This document shows positions 17,736 through 29,187 of a DNA stretch of 64,000 bases, one piece after another. This DNA comes from Betaproteobacteria bacterium (GTDB lineage Bacteria; Pseudomonadota; Gammaproteobacteria; Burkholderiales; SG8-39). Both the position numbers and the translations under genes were made by a program. The stretch spans positions 59,833 to 123,832 of the forward strand of contig SCTY01000022.1 in NCBI GenBank assembly GCA_004297625.1, read 5' to 3'. The notes below the pieces were generated by a model. It ran no database searches. It was not told the origin of the DNA and worked only from the letters and a program-made list of their open reading frames with translations. Position 1 is the stretch's first letter; the number at the start of each line of letters is the position of its first letter.

Positions 17736-18704
17736 ATGTTGTCCGCGGCAAAGAGAAGCGCTGTCCTGCTGGCATGCCTTGCGGCCGCGTCGATTGCGGC
17801 TGCGCAGAGCTATCCCAACCGCCCGATCCGCGTCATCGTGCCGCAGCCGCCGGGCGGCGGATTCGATCTGGTCGCGCGCACGCTCGCTGAGCCGCTCGCG
17901 CGCGTGATGAGCAATCCGGTGATCGTCGAGAACCGGCCGGGCGCCGGAATGCTCGTCGGCACCGAGGCGGCGGCCAAGGCGGACCCCGACGGCTACACCT
18001 TGCTGCTGGGCGCGAAACCCAATCTCGCGTTCAACTCGGGCCTGTACGACAGGCTGCCCTATGATCCGAAGGACTTCGCGCCGGTCGGGCTCGCCACCTA
18101 CAATACATACACGCTCGTCGCGCGCAAGGAGCTGCCGTTCGAGTCGTTGAAGGAACTGGTGGAGTACGCGCGCGCGAACCCTGGCAAGCTCAACGTCGCG
18201 AGCGCGGGCAACGGTACCGGGCAGCACATCATCGCCGCGGTGACGTTCCACCTCGCCGGCGTGCAGATCACGCACGTGCCCTACAAAGGCGCCGGCCCCG
18301 CCTACCAGGACCTGATCCCCGGGCGCGTCGACCTCTTCTTCGACAACTCGGCGACGGCGCAGCCGCACATCGACGGCGGACGCGTGAAGCCGATCGCGGT
18401 GTCGTCGCCGGAGCGCCTTTCGGTGCTGCCCAATGTGCCGACCGTGCGCGAGCAGGGCGTCGACTTCGACAACCAGACCTGGATCGGCTTCTTCGTGCGC
18501 CGCGAGACGCCCGAGCCGGTCCTTGCGCGCCTGCGCGCCGATTTCGCCAGGGTCATGGCGATGCCCGAGGTCGGAACAATCCTGGAGAAGAAGGGCTATG
18601 CGGTCATCCGGCTCTCGCCCAAGGAAGCCGAGGACCTCGTGGCGCGGGACATCGACAAATGGACGCAGCTTATCCGGGCGGCGGGAATACACGCCGCAAA
18701 CTGA
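17736..18704 (+). CDS. Bug/TctC-family substrate-binding protein
   Basis: Signal peptide, then YPNRPIRVIVPQPPGGGFDLVART...VENRPGAG...VPYKGAGPAYQDLIPGRVDL. Confidence 0.85.
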   Translation: MLSAAKRSAVLLACLAAASIAAAQSYPNRPIRVIVPQPPGGGFDLVARTLAEPLARVMSNPVIVENRPGAGMLVGTEAAAKADPDGYTLLLGAKPNLAFNSGLYDRLPYDPKDFAPVGLATYNTYTLVARKELPFESLKELVEYARANPGKLNVASAGNGTGQHIIAAVTFHLAGVQITHVPYKGAGPAYQDLIPGRVDLFFDNSATAQPHIDGGRVKPIAVSSPERLSVLPNVPTVREQGVDFDNQTWIGFFVRRETPEPVLARLRADFARVMAMPEVGTILEKKGYAVIRLSPKEAEDLVARDIDKWTQLIRAAGIHAAN

Positions 18705-19747
18705 CCGAGCACCGCCGCGCAGCGGCACGCGCGGGGCTGCGCTACGTCAGCGACGACGGCAAAGGCATCACGCGGCGCCGCGTCGGCGCCGGCTGGGCGT
18801 ATTACGCGCCCACCGGGGCCCGCATCACGGATTCGAGGGAAAGAAAGCGCTTGAATGCCCTCGCCATCCCGCCGGCCTGGAACGACGTGTGGATCTGCCC
18901 GAATCCGGAAGGCCACATCCAGGCGACGGCGCGCGATGTGCGCGGCAGAAAGCAGTACCGCTATCACCCGGCGTACCGCGAGGCGCGCGACCGCTCGAAG
19001 TTCCGCCACATGCTCGAGTTCAGCGAGGTGCTGCCGCGGCTGCGCAGCCGCATCGAGCGCGACCTGCGCGCGCCCGACCACACGCGCAGGCAGCTGCTCG
19101 CCACGGTGGTGCGGCTGCTCGACAAGACGCTGATCCGCGTCGGCAACGACGAGTATGCGCGCGAGAACAACTCCTTCGGCCTCACCACGCTGCGCCGCCG
19201 GCACGTGCGCGTCGACGGCGGCACGCTGCGCTTCAGCTTCCGCGGCAAGAGCGGCGTCGAGCACAGCATCTCGCTCTCCGACCCGCGGCTTGCGCGCATC
19301 ATCCAGCGCTGCCAGGACCTGCCGGGGTACGAGCTGTTCCAGTACCTCGATGCCGCCGCCAGGCGCCAGTCGGTGTCGTCCGACGACGTGAACGCCTATT
19401 TGCGCGATCTCACCGGGAGCGACGTCACGGCGAAGGATTTCCGCACCTGGGGCGGCACCATGCTCGCCGCCGTGGAGCTGCGCGCGATGGGCGCCGCTGC
19501 CAGCCGCCGCGAAGCCGACCGCAACATCCTGCGCGCGATCGACGCGGTGGCCGAGCGCCTCGGCAACACCCGCGCCGTGTGCCGCAAGTACTACGTGCAC
19601 CCCGCGCTATTGCGCGCCTATCTCATGGGACAGACGGTGCCGCTGCCGAAAGTGAACGGCCGCGCGCACGGTCGCCGGCGCAAGGCCGGTGCCGCGCTGC
19701 GTCGCGATGAGATCGCGGTGCTGCAGTTCCTCCAGCAGCGATACTGA
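18659..19747 (+). CDS. DNA topoisomerase IB (poxvirus-like bacterial TopIB); start uncertain
   Basis: GLRYVSDDGKGITRRRVGAGWAYY...IPPAWNDVWICPNPEGHIQATARDVRGRKQYRYHPAYREARDRSKF...FRGKSGVEH...TAKDFRTWGGT...RAVCRKYYVHPA. The annotated ATG overlaps the upstream gene by 46 nt. Confidence 0.85.
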   Translation: MDAAYPGGGNTRRKLTEHRRAAARAGLRYVSDDGKGITRRRVGAGWAYYAPTGARITDSRERKRLNALAIPPAWNDVWICPNPEGHIQATARDVRGRKQYRYHPAYREARDRSKFRHMLEFSEVLPRLRSRIERDLRAPDHTRRQLLATVVRLLDKTLIRVGNDEYARENNSFGLTTLRRRHVRVDGGTLRFSFRGKSGVEHSISLSDPRLARIIQRCQDLPGYELFQYLDAAARRQSVSSDDVNAYLRDLTGSDVTAKDFRTWGGTMLAAVELRAMGAAASRREADRNILRAIDAVAERLGNTRAVCRKYYVHPALLRAYLMGQTVPLPKVNGRAHGRRRKAGAALRRDEIAVLQFLQQRY

Positions 19748-19748
19748 G

Positions 19749-19776
19749 CGGGGTCAGAGCATTTGCTCTGACCCCG
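19749..19776. terminator. Perfect palindrome between convergent stop codons (putative bidirectional terminator or REP)
   Basis: CGGGGTCAGAGCATTTGCTCTGACCCCG forms a 12-bp GC-rich stem with a 4-nt loop. It exactly fills the gap between the TopIB stop (19747) and the nnr stop (19777). There is no clear U-tract. Confidence 0.5.
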
Positions 19777-21165
19777 TTACTTGAGCCAGCAGTTCCAGAT
19801 GCGGCGCGCCGGCTCGAGCAGGTCTCCGGCGGCGATGCCGACCGGACCCGCGCCCGAGGCGGCAAGCTCGTCGGCCGCGCAGCCGTGCAGATGAACGCCG
19901 AGCGTGAGCGCCGCTTCGCCGGAATAGTGCTGCGCGAGCAGCGCCCCGAGAATGCCGGAAAGCACGTCGCCCATGCCGGCGCTCGCCATGCCCGGATTGC
20001 CCGACGCGTTGATGAAGAGGTGGCCGTCGTGCGCGACGACGATGCTGCCGTTGCCCTTGAGCACGACATGCGCGTTGTAGCGCTTGGATAACGCGCGCGC
20101 CGCCGCCACGCGGTCCGCCTGTACTTCCTGCGTGGTAATCCCGAGCAGCCGGCCCGCCTCCGCGGGATGCGGGGTAATCAGCGTGTCCGCCTTGCGCCGC
20201 TCGCAGGCGAGGCGCAAATCCTCGTCGTCGGCCATCAGGTTGAGCGCGTCGGCATCGAGCACGCACGGCATTTCCGCGCTGAGCACGGCGCCGACGAGCG
20301 TCGCGGCGTGGTCGGTCCGGCCGAGTCCGGGGCCGACGACTATCGCGTCGAGATCGAGGCCGAGCACATCGTCTGCGTGCCGCAGCATGAGCTCGGGTGC
20401 CGCGGCATCGACGGCCAGAGGCTCGAGCAGTCCGACGTAGATGCGCCCGGCGCCGAGCTTGAGCGCCGCGCGGCCCGCAAGCAGCGCCGCGCCCGTCATG
20501 CCGCGCGCCCCGCCCAGGATGCCGACCGACCCGGCGGCGCCCTTGTGGAAATTGCGCGGCCGGCGCTTCAGGACGCCCTCGAAAATTTCCGCTTCGGCCA
20601 CCCATGCGCTCGGGCGCTGGAGGTTCGGCAGGTCGAGGCCCAGGTCCGCCACGCTCACTTCGCCGCTGTAGTCCGGTCCGTCGAGCGTGAGCAGGCCGGG
20701 CTTGAGCGCGATGAAGGTGAGCGTGTGCGTCGCGCGCACCGCGCAGCCGAGCACCTGGCCGGTATCCGACTGGATGCCGCTCGGCACGTCCAGCGCCAGC
20801 ACCGGGCAGCGCTGGCGGTTGGCGTACTCGACGAGCCCCGCATGCTCGCCGGTGATGCTGCGCGCAAGCCCGATGCCGAACAGCCCGTCGATCACCAGTC
20901 CCCAGTTCCTGTCAGGCGGCAGCTCGCCCGGGCTGCCGGCCACGGCGACGCGGAAAAACCTTTCCTTGAGGTGCGCGGCCGCGATGCGCGCATCGCCGCC
21001 GTTGTTGCCCGGTCCGGCGAGAACCAGGATGTCCTTGCCGGCGACGATTTTTTCCGCGAGCTCGGCGGCCGCAGCGCCGGCACGCTCCATGAGCGGCGGC
21101 GTCATGTCGCCCGCGGCCTTCTCGAGGCGGCGGATGTCTGCGGTGAGGTAGATCGCCCGGGGCAT
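19777..21165 (-). CDS. nnr: Bifunctional NAD(P)H-hydrate repair enzyme (epimerase / ADP-dependent dehydratase)
   Basis: 462 aa; ILVLAGPGNNGGDARIAA...(YjeF_N) and HKGAAGSVGILGGARGMTGAALLAG...GMASAGMGDVLSGI (YjeF_C). Confidence 0.9.
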   Translation of the reverse strand: MPRAIYLTADIRRLEKAAGDMTPPLMERAGAAAAELAEKIVAGKDILVLAGPGNNGGDARIAAAHLKERFFRVAVAGSPGELPPDRNWGLVIDGLFGIGLARSITGEHAGLVEYANRQRCPVLALDVPSGIQSDTGQVLGCAVRATHTLTFIALKPGLLTLDGPDYSGEVSVADLGLDLPNLQRPSAWVAEAEIFEGVLKRRPRNFHKGAAGSVGILGGARGMTGAALLAGRAALKLGAGRIYVGLLEPLAVDAAAPELMLRHADDVLGLDLDAIVVGPGLGRTDHAATLVGAVLSAEMPCVLDADALNLMADDEDLRLACERRKADTLITPHPAEAGRLLGITTQEVQADRVAAARALSKRYNAHVVLKGNGSIVVAHDGHLFINASGNPGMASAGMGDVLSGILGALLAQHYSGEAALTLGVHLHGCAADELAASGAGPVGIAAGDLLEPARRIWNCWLK

Positions 21166-21166
21166 G

Positions 21167-21191
21167 GAAATCGTGGTCGGTCCCTGATTTT
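21167..21191 (-). repeat. REP-like 23-nt motif, copy 4, inverted (GAAATCGTGGTCGGTCCCTGATTTT)
   Basis: One mismatch from copy 3. It fills the 27-nt gap between the nnr start and the stop of the TRAP permease gene. Confidence 0.7.
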
Positions 21192-21192
21192 C

Positions 21193-22506
21193 CTACTTCT
21201 GGGTCGCGCCTAGAAGCACGTCGGGCAGCCAGGTGGCAAGCTCGGGAAACAGCGTGACCAGCGCGATGCAGACCAGCATCATGAAGAAGAACGGCAGGGA
21301 GGCAAGCGCGATGTAGTCGATGTCGCGCCCGGTCATGGTCTGCAGCACGAACAGATTGAAGCCCACGGGCGGCGTGATCTGCGCGATTTCCACCAGGATG
21401 ACGATGAAGATGCCGAACCAGATCAGGTCGATGTGCGCCGCCTGGATCATCGGCAGCACGATGGTCATGGTCAGCACGATCATGGAAATGCCGTCGATCA
21501 GGCAGCCGAGGAGGAGATAGATCGCCGCGAGCACCGCGAGCAGGCTGTAGGAGCTCACGCCCAGCGACACCACCCACTCGGCGAGCGCGCGCGGGATGCC
21601 GGTGAATGCCATCGTCGAGCTGAGGAACGACGCGCCGGCGAGGATGAAAAGAATCATGCACGAGAGCCGCGTGGCGCCGATGAGGCTCGCCCAGAACGTC
21701 GCCGCGCTCAGCGTCCCGCTCCACCAGGCGATCGCCAGGGCGCCCAGGACGCCGAAAGCGGCCGCCTCGGTCGCCGTCGCCCAGCCGGTGAACATCGCGG
21801 CCATGATGAAGACGATGAGCGCGATGCAGGGAATGAGGTTGCGCGCCCGCCGCACGCGCTCCGCGAAGCCCAGGCGCTCCGTGACCGGCGGCGTCTTGTC
21901 GGGGTGGAGCAGCGACCAGACGACGATGACACCGGAGAACAGCAGCACCAGCAGGATCCCGGGCAGGACGCCCGCGACGAACATCTTCAGGATCGACTGT
22001 TCGGCCGCCACGGCGTAGACGATCATGATGATCGAGGGCGGAATGAGCAGCCCCAGCGTGCCCGCGCCGCAGAGCGAGCCGAGGCACATGCGCTCGTCGT
22101 AGCCGCGCTTGTGCAGCTCGGGCAGCGCCACCTTGGCGATCGTCGCGCAGGTGGCGGCGGACGATCCCGAGACCGCGGCAAAGATCCCGCAGCCGACGAT
22201 GTTGACGTGCATGAGCCGGCCGGGGAGCCAGCCGAGCCAGGGCGACAGCCCCTCGAACATCTCCTCCGACAGGCGGGTGCGGAACAGGATCTCGCCCATC
22301 CACACGAAAAGCGGCAGCGCGGCAAGGCTCCACGACGCGCTCGAGCCCCAGAACGACTGGAAGAGATTCACTTCGGGCGGGCTGGAAGTGAAAAACTGCA
22401 GGCCGAACCACGCCACGACGCTCATCGCCATGGCGATCCACAGGCCGCCGGCGAGCAGCAGCAGCATGAGGCCGAAGAGCAGGATGGAAAGGCCGACCGC
22501 GCTCAT
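21193..22506 (-). CDS. TRAP transporter large permease (DctM type)
   Basis: Internal ATG: MSAVGLSILLFGLMLLLLAGGLWIAMAM...SGSSAATCATIAKVALPEL.... The upstream 160 codons in the track overlap the DctQ gene out of frame. Confidence 0.88.
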   Translation of the reverse strand: MSAVGLSILLFGLMLLLLAGGLWIAMAMSVVAWFGLQFFTSSPPEVNLFQSFWGSSASWSLAALPLFVWMGEILFRTRLSEEMFEGLSPWLGWLPGRLMHVNIVGCGIFAAVSGSSAATCATIAKVALPELHKRGYDERMCLGSLCGAGTLGLLIPPSIIMIVYAVAAEQSILKMFVAGVLPGILLVLLFSGVIVVWSLLHPDKTPPVTERLGFAERVRRARNLIPCIALIVFIMAAMFTGWATATEAAAFGVLGALAIAWWSGTLSAATFWASLIGATRLSCMILFILAGASFLSSTMAFTGIPRALAEWVVSLGVSSYSLLAVLAAIYLLLGCLIDGISMIVLTMTIVLPMIQAAHIDLIWFGIFIVILVEIAQITPPVGFNLFVLQTMTGRDIDYIALASLPFFFMMLVCIALVTLFPELATWLPDVLLGATQK

Positions 22507-23039
22507 CAGACCTTCTCGCTGAAGTCCCTGGCGGCGTGCCGCGCTTCCTCCGCCAGCCGGTAGGTCGGCTTGCCGCCGCGCGCTACGGTGACGAAATCGT
22601 CGAGCACCGCCACCGCCAGCACCAGCGCGCCGAGCACCAGGCTCATCTGCGGAATCCAGATCGGGATCTGGATCAGCCCCTGGGCGAGCTCGCCGAACTT
22701 CCAGCTTTCGAACACGAAGCGGCACGAAGCCCAGGCGATGTAGCCGACCACTGCGAGCGCCGCCGCGAGGCACGCGATCTCCGCGCGGTGCCGCGCCCGC
22801 GCCGGCAGGCGGTCGATCAGCAGGCTGACGCGCACCAGGTCGCCGTGGCGGAAGGTAAAGCCGAGCGCGAAGAACGCCGAGCCCGCGCACAGCCACGCCA
22901 CGATGTCGTCGGCGCCGCGGAAGAGCAGCCCCGCGGAGCGCATGCCGGCCTGCAGCAGCATCACCGCTGCGATGCCGGCAAGGCACACCGCCGCGAGCGC
23001 GCCGCTCGCGGCGTAAAGGCGGTCGAGGAACCGCCGCAA
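22506..23039 (-). CDS. TRAP transporter small permease (DctQ type)
   Basis: 177 aa with four hydrophobic segments; MRRFLDRLYAASGALAAVCLAGIAAVMLLQ.... The stop overlaps the dctM-type start. Confidence 0.8.
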   Translation of the reverse strand: MRRFLDRLYAASGALAAVCLAGIAAVMLLQAGMRSAGLLFRGADDIVAWLCAGSAFFALGFTFRHGDLVRVSLLIDRLPARARHRAEIACLAAALAVVGYIAWASCRFVFESWKFGELAQGLIQIPIWIPQMSLVLGALVLAVAVLDDFVTVARGGKPTYRLAEEARHAARDFSEKV

Positions 23040-23040
23040 A

Positions 23041-24012
23041 CTATTTTTTACTTCTGTAGGCCTTGAGGATCGCCTGGCCGTCGGCGCCCGCCGTCTTTTC
23101 CCACTCCCGCGCCATCTGCTCGCCGATCTTGGAGAGCGCGGCCTTCAGCTCGGGCGAAGGCTCGCTTACCGACATCCCGTTCTTGGCAAGCGTCTCGTCG
23201 CCTTCCTTCTCGCGCGCCTTGGACATGTCCCAGCCGCGCTTCTCGGCGGTCGCGCCCGCTTTGACGAGCGCATTCTGCTGGTCCTTGGGCAGGCGCGAGA
23301 AAGCGCGCTGGTTCACCACCACCACGTTCTTCGGGTTCCAGGCGTTCGCTTTGTAGTAGTTCTTGACGAATTCCCAGGCCTTGGTCGACGTGCCGGTCGC
23401 CGAAGACGTGATCATCGCCTGCATCGCGCCGGTGGCGAACATCTGCGGCACCTCGGGCACCTGCACCACGATCGGGCTCGCGCCCATGAGCTCCGCCAGC
23501 CGCGCGGTGAGCGGGCTGTAAGTACGCATCTTCAGCCCCTTGAAGTCGTTCAGCGTCTTGACCGGATCCTTGGTGTAGATGCCCTGGCCGGGCCACGCGA
23601 CCGAGTACAGCAGTTTCATGCCGCGCGATTGCAGCTTCTTCTCGAGGACCGGCTTCTGCGCCTGGTAGAACTTCCAGGCGTTGTCATAACCCGGCGCGAC
23701 GAAAGGCACGTTGTCGGCGGCGAACACCGGGTCTTCGTTGCCGAACTGCCCGAGCAGGAACTCGGCGATGTTCACCTGACCGGTGGACACCGCGCGCAGG
23801 ATGTCGGGATGCTTGATGAGCGAGCCGCTGGAGTGCACCTGGATGTGCAGCTTGCCGCCGGTCGCCTTCTCCACGTCCGCGACGAAAGCCACGACGTTCC
23901 GGGTGTGGAACTCGCCGTCGGAATACGGCGTCGGCATGTCCCACTTGGTCTGCGCCTGGGCGCTGCCGAGGGCCAAGGCGGCGGCGAAAATGGCCAAACG
24001 TTTCATTTGCAT
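23041..24012 (-). CDS. TRAP transporter substrate-binding protein (DctP type)
   Basis: Signal peptide MQMKRLAIFAAALALGSAQA; KWDMPTPYSDGEFHTRN...; 323 aa. Confidence 0.88.
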   Translation of the reverse strand: MQMKRLAIFAAALALGSAQAQTKWDMPTPYSDGEFHTRNVVAFVADVEKATGGKLHIQVHSSGSLIKHPDILRAVSTGQVNIAEFLLGQFGNEDPVFAADNVPFVAPGYDNAWKFYQAQKPVLEKKLQSRGMKLLYSVAWPGQGIYTKDPVKTLNDFKGLKMRTYSPLTARLAELMGASPIVVQVPEVPQMFATGAMQAMITSSATGTSTKAWEFVKNYYKANAWNPKNVVVVNQRAFSRLPKDQQNALVKAGATAEKRGWDMSKAREKEGDETLAKNGMSVSEPSPELKAALSKIGEQMAREWEKTAGADGQAILKAYRSKK

Positions 24013-24039
24013 TTCCTCCCTGTCGTGGATGCCGGAATC

Positions 24040-25134
24040 TTAGCTCAGTTCGTTCGCCACAGCCTCGGCGAGGGCAAGGCTCGCCGTGAGGCCGGGCGAC
24101 TCGATGCCGAAGAGGTGCGCGAGGCCCGCGATGCCGTGAGTCTTCGGTCCCTGCATGTCGAAGTCGGGCGCCGGCTCGCCGGGGCCCGCGGTCTTCGGAC
24201 GGATACCGGCATAGCCTGGAGCGAGCGCGCCATCGGGCAGGCCGGGCCAGTAGCGCCGGATCGCGGCGTAGAAGCGCTCCGCGCGGCGCGGATCGACGTC
24301 ATAGGCGATGCGCTCGACCCATTCGACATCGGGACCGAAGCGCGCCTGGCCGGCGAGGTCGAGCGTCAGGTGCACGCCCAGGCCGCCGGGCTCCGGAATC
24401 GGGTAAACCAGGCGCGAGAACGGCGACCGGCGCGTGAGCGAATAATAGTTTCCCTTTGCGTAGAGCTCTCTGGGAACGTGCCGCGCGGGAAAGCCTTCTA
24501 TGTTTCGGGCAACCGTAGGCGCGCGCAGGCCGGCGCTGTTGACCACGATTCTCGCGGCGATCGGCTCGCTTCCCGCCACCCGGACCTCGAAGAAGTTGTC
24601 CCGGATCAAAATCCGCTCGAGCCGGCTCTTCAAGGCGAGCATCGCGCCGTGCGCTTGCGCGTCGCCCAGATACGCGAGCATAAGGGCGTGGCTGTCGATG
24701 ATGCCGGTCGAGGGCGAGTACAGCGCAGCGACGCAGGAAAGCTCCGGCTCGAGCGCGAGCGCCTGCGCCCGCGTAAGCGAGACGACGTCCGTCACGCCGT
24801 TCGCCCGTGCTTTCTTCTGGATGTTTTCGAGCTCGGCGAGCTGCGATTCATCGGCCGCGACGATCAGCTTGCCGGAGCGCCGGTGCGGCACGCCGTGCGT
24901 AACGCAGTACTCGTAGAGCAACTCCTTGCCTTGGACGCAGCTGCGTGCCTTGAGAGAGCCCTTCAGGTAATAGATGCCGGCGTGGATGACCTCGGAATTG
25001 CGCGAGCTGGTGTGCGTGCCGATGGCGTCCTCGGCCTCCAGGATCACCACCTCGCGGCCGCGCATGGCGAGCGCGCGCGCGATGGCCAGGCCGATTGCGC
25101 CGGCGCCGACGACCACCGCGTCAAGCGTCTCCAA
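24040..25134 (-). CDS. FAD-dependent oxidoreductase (L-2-hydroxyglutarate oxidase/dehydrogenase LhgO-like)
   Basis: [29 protein letters not shown]...[14 protein letters not shown]...; 364 aa. Confidence 0.75.
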   Translation of the reverse strand: METLDAVVVGAGAIGLAIARALAMRGREVVILEAEDAIGTHTSSRNSEVIHAGIYYLKGSLKARSCVQGKELLYEYCVTHGVPHRRSGKLIVAADESQLAELENIQKKARANGVTDVVSLTRAQALALEPELSCVAALYSPSTGIIDSHALMLAYLGDAQAHGAMLALKSRLERILIRDNFFEVRVAGSEPIAARIVVNSAGLRAPTVARNIEGFPARHVPRELYAKGNYYSLTRRSPFSRLVYPIPEPGGLGVHLTLDLAGQARFGPDVEWVERIAYDVDPRRAERFYAAIRRYWPGLPDGALAPGYAGIRPKTAGPGEPAPDFDMQGPKTHGIAGLAHLFGIESPGLTASLALAEAVANELS

Positions 25135-25174
25135 GCAGGAGCGTCCTTTCGAATCAAGTTAGGATTCGATTGTA

Positions 25175-25596
25175 ATGGCTGAGGCACGAGCGACTCTCGC
25201 GAACCGGCGCGCCGCGCCGCATAACCGGTGGGCGTTTCACCACGTGCGCGAGATCGTGCCCGGCGCGGACATACCGAACGACCGCCGGCGCGTGCGCGAG
25301 CTCCGGGTGCAGCCGGCCAAGCTCGAGCTCGACCGGTTTTCCGAGCAAGCGGACACCGACGGCATGGCGATCCTGCAGCGCGGGCGCCTCGTCTTCGAGC
25401 GCTACGCGAACGGCACGACGCCGCAAAGCCCGCACATCCTCGTGTCGGTGTCGAAATCGATGCTCGGCCTGCCGTTTTATTCGAAGCTCGTTGAATCCGA
25501 TGGCGCGCACGGCGGCCCGATGCATTACGTTTCTCCGAACAGCGTGATCGCGAGACTTTCTTCGCAGGCTGCGCTGGAAATCCGCAAATTCCTGGC

Positions 25597-25600
<4 letters not shown>
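25175..25600 (+). pseudogene. N-terminal fragment of a serine hydrolase (beta-lactamase/PBP-like family)
   Basis: ...DGMAILQRGRLVFERYANGTTPQSPHILVSVSKSMLGL... contains the S-x-x-K nucleophile motif. The ORF ends after 141 aa where the oxoprolinase ATG overlaps its TGA. The remaining ~250 aa expected for the fold are absent. Confidence 0.5.
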
Positions 25601-29178
<3,578 letters not shown>

Positions 29179-29187
29179 CCGCAAACA

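Noticed and set aside
16164-18728. 854-aa minus-strand ORF antisense to the glutamate-synthase-like and Bug genes
   Set aside because: Same reasoning: the sense-strand genes have strong motifs and RBS, and the antisense translation has none.
22507-22986. N-terminal 160-codon extension of the TRAP large permease ORF; similar extensions occur at 8733..8918, 14157..14306, 40897..41478, 4634..4876, 41899..42084, 42372..42701, 43772..44146 and 46993..47256
   Set aside because: The extensions overlap the upstream gene out of frame and are Arg/Pro-rich. Internal starts give proteins that begin where family alignments begin and create typical 1-8-nt start-stop overlaps.
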